Source: Nemertoderma westbladi
Taxonomy: Eukaryota > Animalia > Xenacoelomorpha
Length of the DNA stretch: 64,000 nucleotides
Assembly (NCBI GenBank): GCA_032718475.1
Contig: JAUCBJ010008928.1
Coordinates: 120,760 to 184,759, forward strand
Direction of reading: 5' to 3'
In this document: piece after piece, positions 48,546-60,300 of the stretch
Numbering within the stretch: position 1 is the stretch's first letter
How the letters are laid out: the number at the start of each line of letters is the position of its first letter
The notes under the pieces: generated by a model
What the model was told of the DNA's origin: nothing
Databases searched by the model: none
Seen by the model: only the letters and a program-made list of their open reading frames with translations
Translations under genes and position numbers: made by a program

Positions 48546-49075
48546 ATGCAATGTTTCTCATTCAATAGGTTCTTGTAGTGAATGTTTTGAAGTACACACT
48601 TGTTTTCTTATTGTAGGATCTTTTTTTGCAGCTGCATTTAAGGAAAGAACTTCCACACTAGCCGTATAGCACTCGCTGTCAAACCAGTCTTTGGCTGTAC
48701 GCTTGACTGTTCTTTTTAGAGGAGCAGAGTCTCTGATACATTCCGATAATGCCTCATATGCATAATCTGTTTCCCCGCATATAAGGTGTTCAAGAACCTG
48801 TTCTAACCGAGGATCAGCACTGAGTTTGTCAATATCTGCTTCTCGCTTCCTTCGGACATTACTTGAGGATGTAGATATCGGAGTGTTCACTGGTTCACTT
48901 CGTGTCCACGATGCTGAGATCGGAATGTGTTTTCCTAAGGTATTAGGTTTATATTTGACAGTGGCCACGTCTTTGTTCGAGTATATTCTATCGATCACAC
49001 TGCTCCCATTGTGGCAAATGTATGTAGGTTGGGTATTATCAGTTTCAGACGACAGACCAAAACTATGCTACTGTA
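48546..49075 (-). mobile_element. LINE fragment (end of APE endonuclease and linker)
   Basis: PTYICHNGSSVIDRIY...KHIP...AKDWFDSEC, typical of the APE C-terminus and WF motif upstream of RT. Confidence 0.65.
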
Positions 49076-49182
49076 CGTCAGCTGGTGGTGGGTTGTAGGT
49101 ATTATTCTGTTTCTATTTTTGATATGCAGATTTATTTTTTTACTTTCTACAATCTTTCTTACTATTTATTTTACTGTGAGTT

Positions 49183-49700
49183 ACAGCCATAACTACTGTG
49201 AGTTACAGCCATAACTACTGTGAGTTACAGCCATAACTTATGTGAGTTACAGCCATAACTACTGTGAGTTTCAGCGATAACTACTGTGAGTTTCAACCAT
49301 AACTACTGTGATTTTAGCCATAACTACTGTGAGTTTCAGCCATAACTACTGTGAGTTACAGCCATAACTTCTGTGAGTTATTGCCATAACTACTGTGACT
49401 TACAGCCATAACTACTGTGAATTTCAGTCATAATTACTGTGAGTTACAGCCATAACTTATGTGAGTTTCAGCCATAACTACTGTGAGTTACAGCCATAAT
49501 TTCTGTGAGTTATAGCCATAACTACTGTGAGTTACAGCCATAACTTCTGTGAATTATAGACATAACTACTGTGAGATTCAGCCATAACTACTGTGAGTTA
49601 TAGCCATAACTACTGTGAGTTACAGCCATAACTACTGTGAGTTTCAGCCATAACTACTGTGAGTTATAGCCATAACTACTGTGAGTTACAGCCATAACTT
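49183..49700. repeat. 22-bp minisatellite, about 23 copies
   Basis: (ACTGTGAGTTACAGCCATAACT)n. Confidence 0.95.
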
Positions 49701-51112
49701 GATAACTTAACATGAATGACATAACATTAATAACATAACATAACATGAATGAATCGTCGGTATCTGATTCTAAAATCGTATCATAAAAAGGAAGTTCTGT
49801 AAAAATACAGCATTGAAGAGAAAACTTGGCCCAAGATTGTTTCTGGTGGAGAATAAATTACTACCTTTCCTACGGTAACATTTTAAATGTACAAATGTGT
49901 CACAACTCTCGCATTGGACGATCTTACTCCGAGAGTTTGTCCCTCATAGTCAGGGAGAGAAGACAGAGTTTGGCGATTAGGCCTCTAGTTCGTGGAGAGG
50001 AGACACAAGAGTTTCTTCCCCGACGAGAGCAGTAGCGGCTAAAGGCGGTGGGAGGTATCTCAAATACCATATTACATTCCAGGACATCCAAACAATGAAG
50101 ACATGTTATCGCCTTTGCTTTCAAAATATGAGATTTAAAAATGGCCACGAAATATACTGGGGATGTGTGGCAAGAAATATTGAGGGGGGGGGGGAGGGGG
50201 GGGGTGCAAAGCATTTTAAGAAAATATAGTTATCAAAAGGATAGCAACCCTAACAATACCCACTGCTCCCAGTAGTGCCCCAAAACTACCCACTACACTT
50301 GGTGCCCCAACAAAACCCTCTTTTCTTTGCGCCCCAACAAATAACCACTAGACCTAGCACAAAACCCCTACCCTAATAATATTCACGTCGGAGAGGAACT
50401 CGTGATGTTTTACTGACTTGGAACACTATAATTCGATTGAAATGCCTTTATGGTATAATAATAAAATGGTTTAATGTGACTGACTATATTAATGTAAATA
50501 TATGTCATAATTCCAGAACAACATATAAATAGACCATTTTCACCCGGTGCACTAATACTTATTGATAACTGTACTGTATAACATAGCGATAACATAAGGA
50601 TTTCTTGATTTCAGAGTTGGTGTCTGGAATTCAACCTGTAAAATAAAGAATAGAACTTTTAACAGTAATAATTTTATTAGTAAAAATTTATGTTTTATTT
50701 TACGGAAACTACGGTTTGTATTACAGGTAAGGATTATTTATTTTTAATGTCAGTAGTTTATAAATTAATTAAATATAATTATATTAATAATAGTTAATGA
50801 TATTGTGTGTCAAATGATTTGTAATAATTGCTTTAATGATATTGTGTTATAATGCTTGACATAATAGATTTCATTCCTGTTTAAAGCTGATTTTAAAATC
50901 AACATGCAATTAATTAACATTGAACCAATAAACAAAATTAAATTAATATAATTAAATGTAGTTAGTTAGTTAGCGGGTCACCAATGCTTTTTATTATTTA
51001 ATATATTGTTATTATTAAATAATAATAAATTGGTAACTTTCTAATATTATTATGCACTAATACTTATTTACTAAACTTATAAAATTAATATTTAATAAAC
51101 TTACGAGTTTTA

Positions 51113-54009
51113 TTAAATCCAAATCGTCATTTCCACTCTAGAAGCCGGGTTACCTCCAGTAAACCAACTCCAATAAGGCCCTCTCGCATTCTCGGCTCCA
51201 TATTCCCCATTCAAGTTGCTGTTGGCGCATAAATTATACCACCAAGCTCCAGTACGTTCTACGGCGCAGTTTATGTCATATGATAATGCGTCGAGGTCAT
51301 TATTGCGATCCCTTGTGGTAAATGGTTGATTGTTGTGATACCAAATCAAAGAGTCGCCACCAGCAGTGCCATGGTAACCGGATACATGTAGAGTGTAATT
51401 AGTTGCAGCTGAGCCGAGGGAGAAGTAGTCGTATTCAGCGTATCGATGTTCGTTGTCATAATAGACATCCTCATACCCCACCCCAGTGAACCACAAATCG
51501 ACTCTCAACTTCACCCCGCCTTCACTCAGCTTGTGGATCGTCTCCAACCCCAACCAGAAGTTTGTATTCGGGTCGCCGAATCCGTCGACATATTCGTGCC
51601 AGTTCCTATAGAAGTTGACAGTTCCATCGACTCTCTGTTGAATCTTTTTAGGATCTGGAATTAACAACATTTTACTAAGGTTGGTTATTATATTATTATA
51701 TTTGGATGGTTTTTAACGTGGAGGTTATTTAACATTTAGATTTATCAATTATAGAGACAGGTATGTGGGGGGGGGGGGGGGATTTGATGAAATTCCATCT
51801 CAGTGAATTAACTTCTCATCTCAATGTTTAATTAACAATTCAGGGAACGGAACAGGTTACAGTCTTGTTATTATAACCAAAACAATAAACTAAATTCAAT
51901 ATAGTATTTATTATTTTATTATATTAGGCAAAAATGTGGCATTATTATTATACAGTATGGTATTATATAACCAATTAGAATATTGTTGCTTTGAACCTAA
52001 ATTGTTGTAGTTGGAGTTATTTCTATTGATGTCCGATGTGATTGTAGAAGATTTTTATTCTGATACGCATATTATATGCTTAATATTCAATTGGTTGATT
52101 CATAGTGATGCCGGGATTGGATTTGGTTAAATATTTGTTCATCTTTTTGTTTTGGACTATCACAGAAACGGAATTAGGATTTATTTTTTTCGGTTTCGTT
52201 GTCTTAACCCTATTAAAAACGGGGGGTGGGGGTGGGGTTGTTGCTATAACTCAGAAACAAACGCAGTTGGGAATCTGAAATTTTGCGACTTTTCCTAAAC
52301 ATCTATTGCCCTCCTAATAGGGAAAACTGTTTTCAAAAATATTGGGAACTTTTTGAGTTATAGTACCATTTTTTAACCCTACTTTTGGCACTTTTTTTTA
52401 AAAATTACATTTCATGAAATATGATTTTTAACATCTCTATTTTTTATTTACACCGGTTTTTTGGTTGTGACAAATAATTTCCCGCGTTTGAGAGGTTTAT
52501 GGCGGTTCTGAATTTAATGAAATAAATAATTATCTAACTAGACATCTCGAACTTGTATTTTTTGGAAGTGAGTGCAAAATTTGGTGCTAGCACCAAATTT
52601 TGAAAACCATCAAGTACATCAATTGATTGTCTCACCTTGTTTCTTGCTTTATACGGGTTTGTGAGGGTTCTGAATTCAATGGAATCAGTAAAAATTTCAG
52701 AAGAGTTTTCAAACTTGTATTTTTCGTCGGTGGGTGAATATTGTTGTGCCAGCACCAAATTTTTGAAAATGGGCAAATTTATCAATAGATAGTATCATCT
52801 TGTTTCTTGCGTTATACGAGTTTATGAAGGTCCTGAATCCGATGGAATCAATAAAAACAGCATTGGACTATTTATTGTATTCAATGTTGTACTTTTTGGT
52901 GATGGGTACGAAATTTGGTGCTAGCACCAAAATTTGCCAGGGTAATAATGGCTCTATCTGATTAATAAACTAATTAACGTGGTTGGGGGTGTGGCTTGGC
53001 ATCTGATTACCAGCAGTCAGCTCAATTGATGAAGGACTACTGAACAATTCTAGCACTACTGTAAACGTCTTCAATTACTTGAATTGTGGCTCTTATCTAT
53101 TCGTTTTTAATGCACTTTCATTTTCGTCGCCATAGCTACTGAGTAATTCCATTGTCGAAAGAGTTTGTGCTGTAGCCATTCAAAATTCTGGAATTTCCTT
53201 GAAATTAAAATGTAATAAAATGATGTTGTTTGGTTTAATCATCCTAGGGGCTACTCTCCGGGGTATTATAGTTTGTGGGAGGTCGCCTGTCCATGATAAT
53301 TGGATATGGTACTGGGTATCTCTATCTATGAGATATGGTAGGTGTCTGTGTTACTCATGGCATTGTACCTGATGCTTCAACTGTGTCTACCTACAGGGTG
53401 TGCACTCTAGCAGGGACTGGTATAATATGGAATAAAAAATATATCATGCTCTTTTAAGGTATGCATTTTCCGGCAACAATGGGGCGCCTCGCCTGCGATG
53501 GCCTACGGCTTTGACTCACTGCTGAAGAAACCAGGTTTCGAACTGGTGCATATACCAAGATACTGCCCCGGGCGCACAACATTGCCTGTGATGCACACAT
53601 AGTAATGAGGTGTTATAAACCATGGTAACTCATTTCAAAACCCAGCATCACCCTCCACAGATGCCAGCCTTCTGCGATGCATTGGGAATAGACGTGGTGG
53701 ACAGCCCGGCTCAATGACACCGGATTGAGAATAGACTGTGATGAACTGGGTCTGATATGATGCACGGTCCAGGCGGCAGTGCACCTTAGTTCAAGCAGAT
53801 CATAAACACATGCCCTATTATCTATTCTAACAGGCTAAAAGCAGTATTTTGTACCACATAAATTGTATTAAATACATTTTGTTAATTAAAATAATTATAG
53901 ATTTATTATCTATACATTTTCCTGAGATAATTACTTGAAGATTCTCACCTGAAGATTCAACGAGTGAAAACGATGAGACGCTTCCAATTATGAATATTAG
54001 GAACCACAT
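51113..54009 (-). CDS. Secreted fibrinogen-related (FReD; ficolin/tachylectin-5-like) protein; predicted exons 54009-53949 and 51654-51113
   Basis: IQQRVDGTVNFYRNWHEYVDGFG, FWLGLETIH, YHGTAGGDSL, FTTRDRNND, NCA, GAWWYNLCANSNLNG. Signal-peptide exon MWFLIFIIGSVSSFSLVESS ends at a phase-1 donor (AG|GTGAG) matching the phase-1 acceptor TTCCAG|AT. Extra internal exons are not excluded. Confidence 0.8.
52204..52935. mobile_element. Intronic non-autonomous DNA-transposon-like sequence with internal repeats and palindromes
   Basis: Begins TTAA|CCCTATT...G-tract; GGTTCTGAATT-type repeats at ~52504, 52666, 52829; palindrome AAAATTTGGTGCTAGCACCAAATTTT at ~52576 and a variant at ~52911. Confidence 0.45.
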
Positions 54010-55229
54010 TATTCTGGTTATGTACGTTATTGGGTTTTTGGTTAAAAACAAGAAATATCCAATCAATACAATACTATACAAGTTCAGCACGATAGCCTAT
54101 ATTAGAAAGTACATTACAGTAATCTCTATTAGATATATGAAAACCAAAATATATATGAGTAAAGGGCGGCGATGCTATCAGATTGTGATAAACTAGTTGT
54201 AAAAACAGAGATCCATTTCAGTTTTCCCTTAACACTTTAACTGCCATTTGTAAACCTTCTAACTAGGGCTATTTAAGTTAATATGACATTTTTAGTTTTA
54301 AAATATCTCCTTCATTAGCCTAGTTGCGCTCGTCCTGTTTTGTCTTAAAATAATTTTCCTAAATGGAGACTAACGACCTTTATAACTATGTAAAGTCTCG
54401 AAACTGTGGGAGTAACTGCTGATTTATGGCAGATGGATACTCGTATCCACTGTAAACTCGTTGCGTTCATTCGTTTTTTACCAAACTTCAGATTCTTTCT
54501 AACCTTGTGCTGGACTACATACGTACCAAGTTTAATGTTTAATTTCATCAAGGAATAACCGAGTTATTAGCGACCAAATATTTACGACGACAGACGACGA
54601 CGACGACAGACGACGACGACGACAGGCAACTCGTTAATGGCACCCATATGCTAAGGCTTCGCTCACTTCGTGGCTCGCCCCACAATCTCCCTCCACACAA
54701 CCTACTTGTCTCTGCTCTTACACACTAAACACTAGCTATCACTTTATTGTACATTCGTTTACGATACCCAACCTGTGCCATGCACAGAAAACCAAAATAA
54801 CAAAATAGATTCTCAGAAAAACTTCCAACCTCATTATTAAAGTATATCTACAGTAGTTTCATATGTACAATTTTTATCGATGCGAAATACTAAAATAGTT
54901 TTTATGGCCAGCTCAGCACTAACAACCAGGTGTAGCAACCAACTACTATGTGCTGTTCATTGTACAATGGGGGGGGGGGGGGGGGGGGGGTCGTATTTGA
55001 GGCAACTCAACCCTACTGAATATATTCAAACCCACATGAACCTTCAAAATGTTAAGTTATTAAATTATTTAAAACAAATTGATTATACAAAAGCATCGGA
55101 TTTGTCATTATACAGTATTTTATCAGACATTGCAATCAAGTACAATATTACCTTAAGAGGTAAGCTTCAAGAGTCTTACACCCAACTCAAGTCTTACAAA
55201 CTACAAACAACAAAAAACATAAGCTCATC

Positions 55230-56712
55230 TAGAAACAAATGAAAGGATGTTTGAAATAATATCAGTACTGCTAAGCCCATTGACTAAAATTCAACTAAAG
55301 CCTCTCTCCAAGAACGACAACTTCGTTAAACCTACAAAGTATCGTTGCTTACTGGATAGATCAACAATAGCTAAGATACTTGCGTTAGGGAGGCTGGTTA
55401 AAGGAATTAAATCAAAGAATCTTTCTGTAGTTCTGACATTTGTGACTTCAGGAATGCATATGACTCCATCCATAGAGGTAAAATTCTGGAAATCCTAAGA
55501 GCTTATGGAATACCATAAGTACTTGACGATGGCATTGGAATGTTATACTGTGAGACAGAAGCTAAGGTACTCTCAACAGATTGATGTGCCTCTCACGACA
55601 TGAGTCTATCAGAATTGATGTGCCTTGGGGGTTCACGTAGCCATAAGGCGCAGAGACAGGGGAAAATCCTTGACGAGACTGGAATAGTCAGCACAACTGC
55701 GGATGACGGAGTCCTGGGCGAGTAGATACCGTTTCCTCCACTACAGTACTACAGGCGGAGCACTATTAATAATAAACCTGTATAATTGCATAAACAATAG
55801 TTGTTTGTAAAAATTATGTATTGTGTATATTGTTATTGTATTTTAATGATATAGGCCTTTATATATTCTAATGATTGTTAATAATTTATTGAATAATAAA
55901 GTACGGAACTCAGATGGTGAAACTGTTTATGTCCATTTGTGGCAATGAGGACGGCCACAAATAAATGGAGATCTTGGATTCACACTACAAGAACGCAGAA
56001 GCAATAGATATCTGGAGAAACTACAGTCACAGAAATGCGAATTGCAAGAATTCACCCTACTCTCTAATAAGTTAGCAGCTTCTACTGAATAAAGTTGAGA
56101 GCGCTGTGTGACCTTAATAGATAATAATCTATTAAGGAAGGTTGATTATTTCCAGTACCTTGGTCTCATGGATAGAGAGCAACAAAAAAGACATAGACGT
56201 TAGGAAAGCAAAGGCATATGGGTAGCTCTATAAAAAATGGATACCATCTGGAAATCAGATCTCTCCATAGGCACCTGAAGACTAAGTTCTCTCGAGACAC
56301 AGTGGAAGGTGTGACTTTTATACGAGGGTGAGACCTGGACACCGGCTAAATCGCTTGAACACCGAATTTATGGTTGCAGCCCTAAACATCATATGGAGAC
56401 AACACATGACAAACGCAGAGCTTTATGATACAATACCACCTGTATCAACCACCCTCCATGAACACAGATTAGATTACGATTCAGTGGGCACTGCTGGGGA
56501 AGAAGACATGAGGTCATACGACTCATACCAGATCTACTTTTCAGGCAACCAGCACTAGGAAAGCGTAGCCGTGGACGACCTGCTATGACATATACACCAA
56601 TTTGAAAGGGTTACTGGACTTGAGAGAAACGTAATTCCGACAACTATGGAGAATGTGGAACCCTGGAAGGATTTAATATCCACGGTCTGAACTGCACAAT
56701 CTAGTAGTGGTA
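55230..56712 (+). mobile_element. Highly decayed RTE-clade LINE, with an unrelated insert at ~55580-55900
   Basis: RSTIAKILALGRLVKGIKSKNLSVVLTFV.. followed by YDSIHRGK/LRAYGIP in shifted frames; FQYLG, IDVRKAKA, IWKS, GKRSRGRP; ends CTAGTAGT like the RTE at 46611. Confidence 0.75.
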
Positions 56713-57309
56713 GGACCCTATAAGAACTTGCAACTTATAATGCTGTATCTCAGTCGACAGTCCGTTTATATATAAAATCCGGTGGGAATAACCCAGAATT
56801 TGCGACATTTTATGACATACGATAAAGCTCTCAGAAAAGGCAAATTATTAGATAAAAAACACTCTAAATGCATTTTTTCATTACATAATTGATAAACTGA
56901 AGTGAAACATGCCTACGTACGTTCTCATAGCTGCATAGTGTAGTATAACTAATGAAAACAAATACATATTAATTGTTATTCAAACATGTTCCGTTGCAGA
57001 TGGTCACTAATGGATTGATGTAGACTACTAAACTATTAAACAAGCACCAAGGAAACAGCTTTGACAGACAACGGAAGCAACAAACGGCCACTTTATCAAG
57101 TGAGGGAAAGGAGCAGGTTACAGAACACTGCACCAGTACCGGTACTACTGTACAACTACCTACAGTCGGACAGTGCTACATTCAGACAGTACCGGTACAG
57201 TACAGGAGGTGGAGGACTGGAGGCTCTGAAACACATTAGCCTCTGAGCCTAGTCCTTATTCCTGTATTCTGTTAGGCCTATTTATATTTCAAATATACCG
57301 GTACTCGTC

Positions 57310-60300
57310 ATGGAATCGTCTGGTGGCTGCAGTAGCGACGGTTACGGGACCGACAAACCGACCAAACACCGATCCCGAGTGTGGTCCAGAATGAACTGGT
57401 TCTCTAGACGACGAACTCTCGTCGCCTCCCAGTCTAGCAGCACAGAGACCGACGACGGGAGCCGTCGTCCCCCTACCAAATCCGTGCACGCCAGTCCCTC
57501 GAACTACAGCTCTTCCAGCGAGGCCGAATGCCTCCCTAACCCGCTAGTTGCTTACGAGCCCTGCGTGAAACCCAGCGCGGTTAAGGCTTTGTTCGCGTGG
57601 GAGGTGCCCCGATTCCGCAGGCCGTACCGTAGACAGCGATCAATGCGACGCAAACATTCCTTGTCTCCTCATAAAAATAAGTTTAGAATTCAACCAGGAA
57701 AAGTTTGTAATAATTCCTCCATAAAATCGTGCCATTGCCCTTCCTGCTGCTCTTGTAGATGTCTGAATGTTAACGAATCCAGTTCCTCTACGCTGCCTCG
57801 CCGCTGCCCGCTAGAGGCGACCGGGGTCCGAGTCGGGAAGCGAGTCGCCCCGTCGCTCAACGCATCACACCGCACGGAGCCCTTCTCTCACCCGTCTGTC
57901 GGTACCGGCAGTAAACCTGGACTCGTCCGTAGCTACAGTGAACCGTACATGGCGCATTGCACAAAATGCAGTTCGTTGTGCAATAAAAACGGTTGTGCAA
58001 TTAGGCCTAACATCAACAGTAAACTTCCATGGAATTACAGAAAGGAAGTTGATTCGTTCGAGTTCGGTTCGCCTCCCCATCCCTCCAACTTAAACCACAA
58101 CTTCCTCCACCACAATCCCTCAGCACTACCTGTACCGTCGCCCAATCTCTCCAACCCATCTATGAACCCTTCCCCTAACCCATCTAATCGCTCCCAGAAT
58201 TTCTCCCACTCCTCCCCCAAACCATCTCCACGCCCACACGGCTTCCCGCCTCTTCAGTTCAAACAACACCTCGACACCACGGTTAATCTATTCGATAATC
58301 TCTCCAACCAACAACGGAATTTCCTCCTGAAAGCCCTCCTTGACCGCTGTCGTCTACCCCAGATGCACTTCCTCTCCACCGCGATGGAGCCCATCCTACA
58401 TCTCACCTGCCCACACAACTGCCAGGACATTCTCTCCTGGCTACCCCACCACATCTCCATCTACATTCTCGGCTTCCTGGACCCGGTAAGCCTCGCTCAC
58501 GCCTCCGAAACCAACTCCACATGGCGGAATCTCGCCAACGACAACCCCTTGTGGCGACGACTTTGCTACCTCCCGCAGTGGCGTCTCTCCAGCCACAGCG
58601 AACACAAACAACTCATCAAACACATGACCAGTCGAGTTGTCCAATGGAAACGCGTGTTCGCCGAGCGTTACTCGTTGCGTAGCAACTGGTTGCACGGTCG
58701 GTGCTCGGTTCGCACGTTCGACGGACACAGTCAGGGCGTCTCCTGCGTGCAGTTCGACGACACGCGAATCGTCAGCGGGAGTAGCGATAAAACCATCAAG
58801 GTTTGGAACATTCGGACCTCGACTCCGTGGTCCGTGCTCACCTTGGCCGGACATTCCGGGACGGTTCGGTGTCTCTCCTTGGAGGGGAACCGGTTGGTGT
58901 CCGGGAGTACAGACCGGACGATAAAAGTTTGGGACCTCAGCATGCAGGGCAACTGGAGTAGCATCGCCTGCAAGGTCGGCTATTCATTCAGTGGGATATT
59001 AAGTATTTAATTACTTTAGTTGAAACAATAATATAGTAAAATACACGGGAAATAAATTTAAATATTCTCTCGACCCTTAATTTTTATTAATTATTAATTA
59101 ACATTTTATAAAATACCTCGAGAATAGTGAAAATAACTTCTACTTTATTTCCCCATGAAATAAATAATTATATCGCATTGTAATATCAATTTAACCAAAA
59201 AGTTGTGGATTTTATTTAAATTATTTGATTGTATCTTTATAATAAAAGTAAATGAATGTTACAGGTCACTATGGTGGGTCACACAGACACGGTTAGGTGT
59301 CTGCACGTGGACCAGGGCTCCGTTATATCCGGCTCCTACGACCACACGCTCAAGGTCTGGTCCATACGGACGGGCGAGTGTAAACGGACCCTGGACGGCC
59401 ATACCGGGCCGGTCCTGTGTCTACAGATACAGGGGAAGACTTTAGTGTCCGGCAGTGTCGATAAAACAATAAAGGTAATAGGTGGGAGCAATCAGCTGCG
59501 CCTCTATTTATAAATAATCGCTAATTGATATTGTTTTGTAGCATTTCTTAGGTTTTTATATCAAAGTAATTTGAGAAATAATTTCTATTCTACTTGGAAA
59601 TGTAAAATAGATAAAGTAATAAGTAAAGCAGATAAACTGATGTGATAGTAAAATAAAGTTTAGTTTATTGTTATAAAACATCGGGACACCGCTGTAACCT
59701 GTTCCTTTCCCTTATAATAAATTTATATTGGGTCTCCAGGTCTGGAACATATCCACAGGGGAGTGTCTCCGCACCTTGGAGGGCCACCGGGACGCCGTGA
59801 CCTGTCTGCAGTTCCAACGCGACTCGCCGCCACTCGCCGCGCCGCACAAACCCGTGTGGCTGAACCCCCCGTCGTATAACCCGGACACGCCGCCTCCCAG
59901 ACGGATAATATCGGGGTCCCTCGACTCCAATCTAAAGTTCTGGAACGTCGGCAGTGGGGAGTGTGTCTCTACGCTGGACTGGACGCGGTCCGAAGGTCAC
60001 ACTGGCGTCGTTAGGTGTCTGCAGGTTTGTATCGCACCTTTTTTTCACGGATAACTTCACCCCCCCCCCCCCCCCCCCCCAACTAACTACACTGAAAAAC
60101 GAAACCTGTATTATTTATTAAAAAACCACCGGTTTGCCGAAGGTATTCTCCGATTAAAATCCAGCAACTTTAATCGCCGATTCTTTCAGCAAACCGGTGG
60201 TCGAGCCAAACCGGTGGTCAAGCCAAACCGGTGGTTAAGCCAAACCGGTGGTCAAGCCAAACCGGTGTAAAGATGTAAGATACATTTTGAGTGTATCATG

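Noticed and set aside
51655-51670. ORF-track start MLLIP for the fibrinogen domain, and ORF ends at 59010, 59513, 60054 for the F-box exons
   Set aside because: Intron read-through; canonical splice sites lie inside these ORFs.
52930-53200. Possible middle exon of the FReD gene (acceptor TTTCAAG on - strand near 53197)
   Set aside because: The phase-1 frame hits TAG after about 20 codons; no FReD motifs.
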